DNA of 64,000 nt from NCBI GenBank assembly GCA_026770705.1, contig JANJGN010000052.1, positions 3,720,001-3,784,000 on the forward strand, in the 5' to 3' direction. This document shows, one piece after another, positions 13,120 to 25,520 of this stretch (position 1 is its first letter; every line of letters starts with the position of its first letter). The stretch comes from Isurus oxyrinchus (Eukaryota). The notes beneath the pieces are model-generated. The model saw only the letters and a program-made list of their open reading frames with translations, was not told the origin of the DNA and did no database searches. Position numbers and translations under genes: made by a program.

Positions 13120-13510
13120 GAAGTACTGAGGTAGTGCAGCACTGTCGGAGGTTCAGTACTGAGGGAGTGCTGCACTGTCAGAGGGTCTGAGCTGAGGGAG
13201 TGCTGCACTGTCGGAGGCTCTGAGCTGAGGGAGTGCTGCACTGTTGGAGGGTTTGAACTGAGGGAGAGCTGCACTGTCGGAGGGTTTGAACTGAGGGAGT
13301 GCTGCACTGTCGGATGGTTTGAACTGAGAGAGTGCTGCACTGTCGGAGGTTCTGAACTGAGGGAGTGCTGCACTGTCTGAGGGTTTGAACTGAGGGAGTG
13401 CTGCATTGTTGGAGGGTCTGATCTGAAGGAGTGCTGCACTGTAGGAGGGTCTGAACTGAGGGAGTGCTGCGCTGTTGGAGGGTCAGTACTGTGGGAGTGC
13501 TGCGCTGTCT
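13120..13510 (+). repeat. 33-bp minisatellite, preceded by a Penelope terminus (13025-13122)
   Basis: gagggagtgctgcactgtcggagggtttgaact units; mirror at 53645-53995. Confidence 0.9.
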
Positions 13511-14537
13511 AAAGAACATTGTACAAATTGCACAAAATTGCATCTGATGCCTGTGTCTCATGCTAACATGAAGTTCATGCACACAACAGGAATATTTCTC
13601 GCTGTTTCTCAGCAGCAAGACAGCTTTGATATCACACCAGCCGCTGGCAAGTGTGTGCAGCTACAATGTGACATGTTTACATTGGAAATTTCTATTATAA
13701 AGATGGACAGAGGAATTCATCTGATTGGAAAACGTGACAACATGAAGTAATGTCTTTGAGCCAAGAATTTTGCAGCAAAATAAGAATTTTAATCTTTAAA
13801 TATCTACAGAACAGGCTGAGCATTTTAATCACTTGAGTTAATCAATGTAATTTTATTCATAAGCCAAATGCTTCTTACAATCTATCGCAGCATGAAAAAG
13901 GTGCAGCATTCAGAAAGCACATTCCAATCAGAGAACAGAGTTTAGCAACGTCACATTTCTGTTCATTCCTATTCGACCATGTTGGCTGCACACAGCCAGA
14001 CAATGCCGTGGTTATGATGTGTCCACACAGCAGGACTGGGGAGCACCAGGTATAAGGAAAAGTTTCAGCTTGCTGAGGAGAAGAAGGAGAATCTCTCGTT
14101 CCAGGTTTCTCTCCGTACATTAAGAAGCAGACATGCCGATGTTTCATTGCACTCTGTCTGCTAATGGGAGTCCGCTTGGAAATTGCTGTTTGTGCTGATG
14201 GAAAGAATAAGCTTTTCATAAATGGAGGGATTGAGTACAAACACAGGGAGGTTATGCTGAACATTTATAAAGCTCTGGTTAGGTCACAACTAGAGTATTG
14301 TGTCACAACTAGAGTATTGAGCTGGAACTCGCTGCCTACGAGGATGGTGGAAGCGGAGACGATGAACGATTTCAAAAGGAAATTGGATGGACACTTGAGG
14401 GGAAATAAACTTGAAGGGATACGGGGATAGAGCGGGGGAATGGGACTGACTGGATTGCTCTACAGAGAGACAGCATGGAGTCGATGGGCCGAATGCCGTC
14501 CTTCTGTTCCATGATGAGACTGTTGCTGTACAAAGCT

Positions 14538-14677
14538 TCAAACAGTCTGTCGACTTCCTTTCACTGTTTGTCTCTCCCAGACACAGACTCCAGCGATAGT
14601 GATAACCACAGCCACAAGGAATATCACAGCTCGTATTCCCAGGATCAGGATCACGTGCAGAATCTCTCCTCCACTGT
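14538..14677 (-). pseudogene. Siglec-like gene L (pseudogene): TM/cytoplasmic exon, itself intact
   Basis: Acceptor tgttctctag; (D)SGGEILHVILILGIRAVIFLVAVVITIAGVCVWERQTVKGSRQTV*. Confidence 0.85.
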
Positions 14678-16822
14678 CTAGAGAACACACAGAAAGAAAT
14701 CATCACTGACTCTCCGCTTTCAATCTCTCACTCTGGCTGAACAATCAAGCTTCATATCACTGCAACATTTGCTGTAATATTGACCCATCCACTGGGATTC
14801 AATGTGGAATGAATGTTTTCATTGTAAACACTCTAAGAGTGGACAATCGGAACTTTCCCCTTAGCGTGGAACATTGGTGAGAATGGATCATTGTGCTGTT
14901 GGACTCCCTGTCCAATGTTTCTCTCCATCGCTGTGTACAGGATTGTGCTGTAGAAAATTCTGGAAACGTTTAGTGCAGGGTAGAAATCCATCTCGGACGC
15001 GTGTGCGAATCGGGCAAGATCGAGATGGACTCCCCCATGGACTTACACCCCCCGCTTAATAAACAGGTCCAATCTTTACCCAGAGAGAGGGGAGAATGTG
15101 GAACTCGCTCCCACAGGGAGTGGTCGAGGTGAACAGTATCGATGTATTTAAGGGGCAGGAGGGTCGGTAACCAGAGGGACACAGATTGACGAACCGGAGG
15201 GGGAGATGAGGAGAATTTGTTTTGACAGAGCGAGTTGTTGTGATCTGGAAGGTGCTGCCTGAAAACGCGGTGGAAGCAGATTCAATAGGAACTTTCAAAA
15301 GAGAAATTGGATAAACACTTGAAGGAGGAAGATGGGGGCAAAGTGGAGTGGTGGTTAGTGGATCTGATGGGATAGAACATTGAAAGACCTGGCACAGGCT
15401 CAATGGGCTGAATGGCCTCCTCCTGTGCTGTATCATTCTCCGTTTCCATGATCTCTCCCCCAGTCAGTAACCACTCCAGATCCCTCTTGAAGGTGACAGA
15501 GAGACAGCAACCACCACACCCACTGACAGCACATTCTCAAGGATCCCTACTCTCTGGGAAAAGATGAACTCCCCAACATCCAGCCTATTCCTGCTTCCCG
15601 GAGAGTGTAAACACTTCAGGGAGGCGCTGAGGGAGTTTTCAATAAAATGACATCAAATCCACCGTTTGAGAAATAATTGAATTCCGATGAACTCACAGCT
15701 TGTGTAGCAAACTGGGAAGTGGAGTTGCTGGGAAAGCTGGGAAACACAAGGATGAAGGGCTACAATGCCACCACTGGTGGGAGGCTGTAACTACAGCGTG
15801 ACGTTTACATAGGCAGTCATCATTATAAACAGGGGCATTGCACATAATGGGAATTATGTGCACGGAAATAGTGAGAACATTATGTAAGCTTTTCACCAGC
15901 AGGAATTCTCTTCCTAAACCTCTCCAACTCTCTCTTACTCTCAGATACACAAAGAAAATCACACAGAATCAGATAAGGAAGAATTAGGTTGGTGATTCGT
16001 CAAAGGGTTAGGTTTCAGGAAGCTTCTTAAAAGGAGAGAGAGAGTTGGAGACGCAGAGAGTATCTGTGAGAGCCTCTATGCATCTGAGTGTCTGTAATAG
16101 TAATTTCCATATTCTTCCATAAATATGAATGGGAACACAAATCCCAGAATTCAGGCCAACTCTCCAGTGCAGTACTGAGGGAGGTCAGGTAACCCATGAG
16201 GGAGTGAGTGTTAGTGTTTGTGTGTGTGTGTGTCTTTGTGTGTGGTCATATATGTGTGTCTGCACGTGTCTATTTAGGTGTGTATGTTCGATGGTGTTTG
16301 TGTAGTGTTCAAATCTGAGAGAGATGTTGAAGTCTGTGTAACTCACGTTCCACACTGATGGTTATGAACCCATCCACTGCTCCATGTTCATTCTCTGCCA
16401 CACACTGATAGTCTCCAGTGTCCCTGGATGTAACATGAGGAATCACCAACCACAGCTCATTGTTGGAACTTGTTCTGTTCATTTGGACATTCAGATGTCA
16501 TGGCAGGAATCAAGAAGCCCGTTCACAGGATTATCAACAGAAAGTGAACAACAATTTATACTTAATGGGAAGAGAGTGCTGATTGGTTGGCAAGTGGACT
16601 CTGATAGGTGGAGGTGTTGCCATGGAGAATGGTGTGTGCGAGATGTAAAGTTTAGACAGCTTGTCTCTTCATTCAGCAATAATCAAATAAAGATCAATTA
16701 AATTCTATCGACTTTGAAGCACTTAGAGAGGCCTTAGAATGTGGATACTGAGAACGGGCTGCACTGTCAGAGGGTCAGCGCTGAGGGAGTGCTGATGTAG
16801 AATGAAAGGTGTATGTAATTAC

Positions 16823-17119
16823 CTTGCACTGTTAGTACGAGGGTCCGCTCCGATGAAACAGATGGATAGCTCACTCGGCAGCTGAGAGTGTGTCCGTGGT
16901 GTTTGAGTGATGGGATCAGGGTCAGAACAGAAGTATAGGTCAGAGTGACACCATGCTGAGTTACAGTGTTTGAGACTGATCCAGGTACGTCAGTGGGAGT
17001 GTCCCAGGTTAAGACAGGTGCTGCTGTTCCATTGCACGTTGTGTTGAAGGTGCAGCTTACATCCACACGCTTTCCTGCAATAATTTCAGCAGGGAATATC
17101 GTGGGTTTATCTGTGAAAT
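16823..17119 (-). pseudogene. Siglec-like gene L: C2-set Ig exon (297 nt, open)
   Basis: ctgttag|ATTTCACAGAT...; DFTDKPTIFPAEII...VSCTFNTTCNGTAAPVLTW...LSCRVSYP...LTVQ G|gtaatt; phase 1/1. Confidence 0.9.
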
Positions 17120-17977
17120 CTAACAGACAGAGAATGGATCCTTTTAGAGAAATATAATGTGAAGCATCAGTTCAAATAGAAATCACAGTCCCACAAGAGA
17201 AAGCACTTTGACAAGGATGATATCAGAACTGAGAGGTTACAATGATCAGGAAAGATTTTCTTGCTCTTTGGCAGTAGTGTTTCTGTCTCTCAGCTTAATA
17301 CACGTTCACTCCGAGACATGTGAATTGAGAATACTGAATGAGAGAAGAGGCTCAGTCCAGAGATTGGAGTTAAAAGCAGAATACTGCGGATGCTGGAAAT
17401 CTGAAACAAAAACAAAAATTGCTGGAAAGACTCAACAGGTCTGACAGTATCAGTGGAGAGGAAGACAGGGTTAACGTTTCGAGTCCGTATGACTCTTCAT
17501 CAGACCAGAGGTTTGAGTTCACTGGCTTCTCATTTCCTCAGTGATCTGGGTGATTTATTACATTGTGGTTTGTTGGATCTTGCTGTGCACAAACTGACTG
17601 CTGTGTTTTACATCTGTGACTACAATTCAGGAATAATTTCATTGGCTGTGAAGGGATTTGGATCCTCCTGAGGTGGTAAATTGCGCTGCAGAAATGCACA
17701 TCTTTCTTTTATCGATACGTCAGACTTTTAAACAGGACAGGAGAGATTGATGGGTGTGGTAACCTGAGAATACAGTTAATGCTTTTCATCATTGATATTA
17801 AAGTGAGTATTAGAGGTTGCTTTAGGACTGAACTGGAAGCTATCACCAGGTTATTGAGAATCAGATAGCAAGTTATAATAAGCTGTGTTTTGTGTTAATA
17901 TGTAAACGTCACAGTTTGTGTTATTTCCCATTGAGTGTTGAATGTGAATTGTTGAGTAATTATAACACAGCACTTAC

Positions 17978-18354
17978 CAGAAACGTGAAGCTGGGTTACA
18001 GGATAGTAGCTTTAACTATTCCTGCTGTCAAATTCTATTCTGAAAAAAATAAGGTCCTGCATCTTTCCGTCTGATGTTGTTTATAATCAGGGAACAGTCG
18101 CCATTTTTCAGGTCTCCAGACAGCCGGGTACGATGGCGGAATCTTTGATCCCTGTGACTGTGACCCTCGGAGTGAAAGGCTATAGACCATTTAGGCTGTA
18201 GGGTTCCCATCTATTCCTGTCAACCAGATTCCGACACGTGATCTCCCTACGAAATGTGATGATTAACTGTCATGACATGGAATCTGTACACAGGAACCTT
18301 CCTGCGCTGCCACCTCTCGTGGAGTGTCGCCTTTCCACTCTTGTGACAGTCCAA
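17978..18354 (-). pseudogene. Siglec-like gene L: V-set exon, disabled
   Basis: 377 nt. VGLSQEWKGDTPREVAAQEGSCVQIPCHDS* (TAA 18263-18265), two +1 frameshifts (one in the T-run of PYFFR) and a second TAA. Splice sites retained. Confidence 0.92.
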
Positions 18355-19056
18355 CTGGGGAGAGAAATATCAATATTTAACTCTGGAAGGTTTGTAGATC
18401 CACTAGACTCGATATCCACCCCCTCCATCACTGGGGCACAGTGGCTGCAGTGTGGACCATCTACAGGACACACATGGAACTCCCCAAGGTTTCACAATGG
18501 ATGGAAGAGAATCCTGGACACAGGAGTGGACAAGTTCATTCTACATTGGCTCATGGTCCTCAGGACCCTGTTTAGTGAAGCCAGTCTTCCACCCAACACA
18601 GTGTCTACAAGATACACAGAGAAACTGTGTAAACATCTCATCTCTCTAAACTGACTGGCTTGGCTTCGGTTTAACTTTCAGTATTTTTAAATTTCCATAT
18701 TGTGGTTGCTATGGTGAAACTGTGCAGGAAGAGTGAGGGCTGGACTCTCTGTCTATTCTCACTGCAGCTGTGATGTGGCCGTGGTGATTGTCAGTAAAAT
18801 GAAACCCTCTGATCTCCTCCATCCCTGAGGTTTAGGGAGTGAATTCCAGAGCTCAGGCCCCAGGCAGCTGAAGGCACGGCCGCCAGTATTGGATTGATGG
18901 GAATCGGGGGATGGTCAAGAGGCCGGAATTGCAGTAACACAGAGATCTGGGAAGTTGTTTGGTTGAGTTGCAGGAGGTTTCAGAGATTAAGAGATAAGAA
19001 TGATCTTTTACAAAGACTGTTAAACATAATTCTGTCTGAGCTGATGATGATATTAC

Positions 19057-19135
19057 CTTGGGAAAGTGACAAGAGGAAGTAGATTTCCCGATCATCGTCC
19101 ACTCCCAGATATTCCATCCACTTCTCACTCTCAAG
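19057..19135 (-). pseudogene. Siglec-like gene L: leader exon with 1-nt deletion
   Basis: ATG at 19095; coding part 39 nt versus 40 nt in the intact copy (TCCTAC to TCTAC), so the leader is frameshifted. Confidence 0.88.
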
Positions 19136-19544
19136 CTGTGAAAGAGAAAGGAGTTAATGAGACGTCACCTCTTGTCCGAATGCTCTCGAGAGATCAGAAC
19201 TGCTTTTAGACAATGTCTTCACAGACTAATTTGATTCTCTGTGGGATGATAGGTGCTCTGCAGAGAGTTACAAGGCTTTAAGAAAGAAGAACATTGAAGG
19301 ATTTGCATTTCTATAGCACCTTTCACCACCTCAAGACGCTCATGTTTTGAGATCTTGGTGAACTGTTAACCGTTTGTGTCCTGACCCTGTGGTGATATTT
19401 CTGCTCAGAGGTGGACAGTCATTGACCAGGAGTTTCTCCTGTGGGTCAGTGGGTTTCACAGCCAAATTCAGGGGCTCTGAACATTGTGGGATTCAAGACC
19501 CCATTCAGGGGACGTCTGCCCCACAGAGTAGACTGAAACTCCCC

Positions 19545-19830
19545 AGTGTCAGTACTGAGCAAGTGCTGCACTGTCGGATGGTCATTACTGAGCAAGTGTT
19601 GTACTATTGTAAGGTCAGTACTGAGGGGGATCTCCACTGTTGGAGGGTCAGTACTGAGGGAGTGCTGCACTGTCAGAGGGACATTTATCAGGGAGTGCTG
19701 CACTGTTGGAGGGTCAGTACTGAGGGAGTACTGCACTGTCAGAGGGACATTAATCAGGGAGTGCTGCACTGTTAGAGGATCAGTACTGAGGGAGTGCCGC
19801 ACTGTTGAAGGGTCAGTATTAAGGTGCTGA
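19545..19830 (+). repeat. 33-bp minisatellite
   Basis: Tandem cagtactgagggagtgctgcactgt units. Confidence 0.9.
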
Positions 19831-19902
19831 TTTAGAAGACAGGACAATGTGTTAGGAGCCCTCAGAACTTCCCCCGTGATTTCCAATCGATCCGTTACTT
19901 AC

Positions 19903-19970
19903 CCAGGACCTGTCTGACTGCTTGCCTGGGGAGGAACTGCCCACACGCTCTGCTTGGGCTGAATGGGCCT
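19903..19970 (-). other. Paralogous non-coding first-exon remnant of the Siglec-like family
   Basis: Reverse complement matches 30815-30900, including donor cctgg|gtaagt; upstream it runs directly into the 43-44-bp minisatellite. Confidence 0.6.
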
Positions 19971-21990
19971 CCTCCTGTTCCTGTGTAACAGGCTTGATGG
20001 GGCTGAATGGGCCTCCTCCTATTCCTGTGTAACAGGCTTGAGGGGGCTGAATGGGCCTCCTCCTGTTCCTGTGTTATAGGCTCGAGGGGCTGAGTGGGCC
20101 TCCTCCTGTTCCTGTGTAAAAGGCTAAAGGGGCTGAATTGGCCTTCCCCAGTTCCTGTGTACCAGGCTCGAGTACATTAGGAGCATCATTGGGAGCAGCA
20201 TTTCACTTGCACTTCCCTCAATTTAATCTACTGCCTTCACTGCTCCCAATGTGGTCTCCTCTACATGGGACAGACCAAACACAGACTGGGTGATCGCTCT
20301 GATGAACACCTTCGGTCTGTCCACAAGCATGACCCAGACCTCCCTGTCACTTGCCATTTTAACACCCCACCCTGCTCTCATGCCCACATGTCCGTCCTTG
20401 GCCTGCTGCATTGTTCCAGTGAAGCCCAACACAAACTGGAGGAACAGCACCTCATCTTCCGACCTGGCACTTTACAGCCTTCCCGACTGAATATTGAGTT
20501 CAACACTTTCAGATCATGAACTCTCTCCTCCATCCCCACCCCCTTTCCAATCTCCCTTTTTCCAATAATTTATCATTTTTAATATTTTTTTTTATTTATA
20601 TATTTTTCTTTTCCCACCTATTTCCATTATTTTTAAATGTTTTACATCTGTTGTTGTATCTCTACCTTTTAGCCGATTTCAATCCTTTCCCCCCACCCCA
20701 CCCCCACTAGGACTATCTGTCTCTTGCTCGTCCTGCTTTCTACCCTTAATGTCCCCATTAGCACATTCCTCAGATAATATCACCACCGTCAACACCCCTT
20801 TGTCCTTTTGTCTATCACATCTTTGGCAACCTCTTCTTTACCTCCACCTATCACTGGCCCACAATCCAGCTCTACCTGTCCCACCCCCTCTACCAGCTAA
20901 AACGTCACCTCATTTCTCGATTCCCTTAGTTCTGATGAAGAGTCATACAGACCCAAAACGTCAAGTGTGTTCCTCTCCGCAGATCCTGTCAGACCTGCTG
21001 AGTTTTTCCAGCTATTTTTGTTTTTGCTCCTGTTCTTGTGGAACAGGCTTGAGTGGCTGAATGGAGCCCCTAAAGTTCCTGTGTAACAAGCTTGTGGAGG
21101 CTGAATGGGTCTCCTGTACCTGTGAAACAGGCTCAAGGGGACAGAATGGGCCTCCTCCTGTTCCTGTGTAACAGGCTCGAGGAGGGTGAATGGGCCTCCT
21201 CCTCTTCCTGTGTAACAGGCTCGAGGGGACAGAATGGGCCTCCTCCTGTTCCTGTGTAACAGGCTCGAGGGGGCTGAATGGGCCTCCTCCTCTTCCTGTG
21301 TAACAGGCTCAAGGGGCTGAATGGGTTTCCTATTCCTGTGTAAGAGGGTTGAGAGACTGAATGTGCTCTTCCTGTTCCTGGATAACAGGCTAATGTGACT
21401 GAATGGCCTCCTCTTGTTCCTGTGTTACAGGCTCTATGGGGCTGAATAGGACTCCTCCTTTTCCTGTGTAACAGGCTCGAGGGGCTGAGAGTCTCTCCTG
21501 TTCCTGTTGAAGGGTGTTGAGAGACTGAATGGCCTCTTCCTGTTCCTGTGTAATAGGCTCATGAGGCTGATGGGCCTTCTCCTGTTCCTGTGTAACAGGC
21601 TCAGGTGCTGAATGGGCCTCCTGCTGTTCCTGTGTAACAGGCCCAAGGAGGCTGAATGGGCCTCCTCCTGTTCCTGTGTAACAGGCTCAGGTGCTGAATG
21701 TCCTCCTCTCATTAAAAATAAATACTGCAGATGCTGTAAATCTGAAATAAAAACAGAAAATGCTGCATTAACTCAGCAGGTCTGGCAGCAGCTGTGGAGA
21801 GAGAAACAGAGTTTTTGCTTATAGACTCTGAAGAAGGGTCATACGGACTCGAAATGATTATTCTGTTTATCTCTGCACAGATGCTGCCAGACCTACTCAG
21901 TTTCTCCAGCATTTTCTGTTTTTATTTCAGGTGCTCTCTTGTTCCTGTGTAGCAGGCTCGAGGGGGCTGAATGACCTCCTCCTGTTCCTA
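19955..21990 (+). repeat. 43-44-bp minisatellite derived from a LINE/SINE 3' tail, interrupted by Penelope pieces
   Basis: ggggctgaatgggcctcctcctgttcctgtgtaacaggctcga units; matches the CR1 tail at ~1065-1105. Confidence 0.9.
20195..21025 (+). mobile_element. Penelope-like element 3' fragment (GIY-YIG endonuclease plus terminal repeat)
   Basis: NLIYC..CSQCGLLYMGQTKHRLGDR..EHLRSV...PVTCHFN...LEEQHLIFRPGTLQP.RLN. Confidence 0.9.
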
Positions 21991-22989
21991 TTCAATGGGC
22001 AGTCAAAACATGTGTCTGATTTTGGACATCGAACCCAATTCTGTCCTCAGGACACTGATAGAGGGAGAGACCAGATACAGATCAATGCAGGAGGATTATT
22101 TATTTTCCCAATCTTTGATCCAAGTATCTCATCAAACACAGAGCGGAATACTGATCAAGGATGTTGGTCTCTGTAATCTGTAACACATCGCACAGTCCAC
22201 CCATCCACTCAGCCTTCAGGATGGATGCTCATTGTACTCTCCAAGTGTGAAGGACTAAAATTGTGGTTTATTGCAGCTCTGTCTCATTCTGTTATCAAAG
22301 CTGTCTCATCCATCCATGACATATTGAAGAAGATAAACCTGCAACCAAATTTTCACATCATAATTTCCAATGTTCATTGGCTATATCAATGTAAACATGT
22401 CACGTTGTACTGATGAACTCCCATCATTGGTGGCACTGTAGCACATGTTATCTTCTAAGCTGCAGAGAATTTCTCAAATCTTCAATCAAATTGTATCCCA
22501 GATTGTTGTTCGTTTCGCTGTTTAACAATGAAGTGTAAAATCCAAATATATTTCTGAAAATACAGTTGACTACAAAATGGTGTAAATTTTACCAATCTCC
22601 TCTGTTCCAATTATCCACCGATCCTGCATTTCCTGAAGTCTGCACTGGCTGATGAATATTCTAAACACTGACAGACAGGCTGAGTGGCCTCTTTCTGTGC
22701 TGTTTGATTCTGTGGTTTTCTAATATTTATCTGCGCTGCAGATCAGAGACAAACAGGAAACAATAAACTTCTGACCTTTCCACACAGGCTGAATTGTCAT
22801 CTCTTTATTTTCAGCCAGTTTGCTTAATTCTTGTGGTTTGGTGGTGAAACTGTGCAGCAAGTGTGAGTGTTGGGTTGTAGATCTGTCTATTCTGACTGCT
22901 GCTGTGCTCATGGTGACTTCTCAATTACATGAGAGTCTCTGAGATCCTCCACACCCAAGGATTAAGGAGAGACTTCCAAAGATTCAGGA

Positions 22990-24470
22990 CCCTGTACTGA
23001 AGAGGTGCTGCACTGTCAGAGGGTCAGTACTGAGGGAGTGCTGCAGTGTCAGAGGGTCAGTACTGAGGGAGTGCTGCACTGTCAGAGGGTCAGTACTGAG
23101 GGAGTGCTGCACTGTCAGAGGGTCAGTACTGAGGGAGTGCTGCACTGTCAGAGGGTCAGTACTGAGGGAGTGCTGCACTGTCAGAGGGTCAGTACTGAGG
23201 GAGTGCTGCACTGTCAGAGGGTCAGTACTGAGGGAGTGCTGCACTGTCAGAGGGTCAGTACTGAGGGAGTGCTGCACTGTCAGAGGGTCAGTACTGAGGG
23301 AGTGCTGCACTGTCAGAGGGTCAGTACTGAGGGAGTGCTGCACTGTCAGAGGGTCAGTACTGAGGGAGTGCTGCACTGTCAGAGGGTCAGTACTGAAGGA
23401 GTGCTGCACTGTCAGAGGGTCAGTACTGAGGGAGTGCTGCACTGTCAGAGGGTCAGTACTGAAGCAATGCTGCACTGTCAGAGGGTCAGTACTGAGGGAG
23501 TGCTGCACTGTCAGAGGGTCAGTACTGAGGGAGTGCTGTACTATCGGTGGGTCAGTACTGAGGGAGTGCTGCACTGCCAGAAGTTCAGTACTGAGGGAGT
23601 GTTGCACTATCGGTGGGTCAGTACTGAGGGAGTGCTGCACTGTCAGAGGGTCAGTACTGAGGGAGTGCTGCACAGTAAGAGGGTCAGTACTGAAGAGGTG
23701 CTGCACTGTCAGAGCGTCAGTACTGAAGCAATGCTGCACTGTCAGAGGGTCAGTATTGAGGGAGTGCTGCACTGTAAGAGGGTCAGTACTGAGGGAGTGC
23801 TGCACAGTAAGAGGGTCAGAATTGAGGGAGTGCTGCACTGTCAATGGTCAGTACTGAGGGAGTGCTGCACTGTCAGAGGGTCAGTACTGAGGGAGTGATG
23901 CACTGTCAGAGGGTCAGAAGTGAGGGAGTGCTGCACTATCATAGGGTCAGTACTGAGTGAGTGCTGCACTGTCAGAGAGTCAGTACTGAGGGAGTGCTGC
24001 ACTGTCAGTGAGTCAGTATTGAGGGAGTGCTGCACTGTCAGAGGGTCAGTATTGAGGGAGTGCTGCACTGCCAGAAGTTCAGTACTGAGGGAGTGCTGCA
24101 CTGTCAGTGAGTCAGTATTGAGGCAGTGCTGCACTGTCAGAGAGTCAGTACTGAGGGATTGCTTCACTATCGGTGGGTCAGAACTCAAGGAGTGCTGCAC
24201 TGTCAGTGAGTCAGTATTGAGGGAGTGCTGCACTGTCAGAGGGTCAGTACTGAGGGAGTGCTGCACTGCCAGAAGTTCAGTACTGAGGGAGTGCTGCACT
24301 GTCAGAGAGTCAGTATTGATGGAGTGCTGCACTGTCAGAGGGTCAGTACTGAGGGAGTGCTGCACTGCCAGAAGTTCAGTACTGATCGAGTGCTACACTG
24401 TCAGAGGGTCAGTACTGAGGGAGTGCTGAACTGTCAGAGGGTCAGTACTGAGGGAGTGCTGAACTGTGAA
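22990..24470 (+). repeat. Long, homogeneous 33-bp minisatellite (gagggagtgctgcactgtcagagggtcagtact)n
   Basis: ~45 units; produces 11-aa periodic spurious ORFs on both strands. Confidence 0.97.
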
Positions 24471-24557
24471 TCATTGGAATCTCTCTTTATAAAGTCACAA
24501 CATCAACAAAGGACAGTGTTGGTGGTGGAAGTGAATTCCAATCGTTCCGTTACTTAC

Positions 24558-24775
24558 ACAGGACCTGTCCGACTGCTCGCCTGGGGAGGAACTGCCCACA
24601 CACTCTGCTTGGGCTGAATGACCTCTTCCTGTGCTGCTCCCTCTGTGTATTTAATGAGAAAGGGTGGATGTGTCACTGTGAGACAAAGTGGGAGGTGGTT
24701 GCTGTCAAAGTATGAAAGCAAACTGTTAACCCTTGGAGTGCCAAGGCTGTGTCCGAATGTGATTAAACTTTTTCC
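24558..24775 (-). other. Second paralogous promoter / first-exon copy of the Siglec-like family
   Basis: Inverted homology to 30680-30965, including attaaatacacagagggagcagcacaggaagaggtcattcagccc and donor |gtaagtaacgg. Confidence 0.7.
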
Positions 24776-24776
24776 C

Positions 24777-25520
24777 ATGTAACAGGCTCGAGGGGCTGAA
24801 TGGCCTCCTCCTGTTCCTGTGTAATGGGATTGAGGGGGCTGAATGGGCCCCTCATGTTCATGTGTAACAGGCTCAAGGGGTTGAACGGCCTCCTCCTTTT
24901 CTTTTCTTACAAGCTCGAGGGGCTGAATGGGCCTCCTCCTGATCCTGTGTCATAGGCTCGATGGGCTGAATGGGCCTCCTCCTGTTCCTGTGTCACAGGC
25001 TTGAGGGGGCTGAATGGGCCTCCTCATGTTCCTGTGTAACAGGCTCGAGGAGCTGAATGGGCCTCCTCCTGTTGCTGTGTAACGGGCTCGAGGGGGCTGA
25101 ATGGGCCTCCTCCTGTTCCTGTGTAACAGGCTCGAGGGGCTGAATGGGCCTCCTCCTGTTCCTGTGTAACAGGCTTCAGGGGGCTGAATGGGCCTCCTCC
25201 TGTTCCTGTGTAACAGGCTCGAGGGGGCTGAATGGGCCTCCTCCTGTTCCTGTGTCACAGGCTTGAGGAGCTGAATGGGCCTCCTCCTGTTCATGTGTAA
25301 CAGGCCCGAGGGGCTGAATGGGCCTCCTCCTGTTCCTGTGTAACAGGCTCGAGGAGCTGAATGGGCCTCCTCCTGTTCCTGTATAACAGGCTCGAGGGGG
25401 CTGAATGGGCCTCCTCCTGTTGCTGTGTAACAGGCTCGAGGGGGCTGAATGGGCCTCCTCCTGTTCCTGTGTAACAGGCTCGAGGGGCTGAATGGGCCTC
25501 CTCCTTTCTTCTGTGTAAAT
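24777..25520 (+). repeat. 43-44-bp LINE-tail-derived minisatellite
   Basis: Measured periods of 43 and 44 bp (25097, 25140, 25184). Confidence 0.93.

Larger units (their letters stand above)
2935..13975 (+). repeat. Left high-identity arm of a large inverted duplication
   Basis: ORF-track translations mirror those at 53.2-64 kb almost residue for residue (coordinate sums ~67079-67115). Confidence 0.97.

Noticed and set aside
22984-24617. Long periodic ORFs (130-297 aa) as real proteins, or the array as CRISPR
   Set aside because: They are translations of a 33-bp minisatellite open on both strands; there are no unique spacers and the context is eukaryotic.
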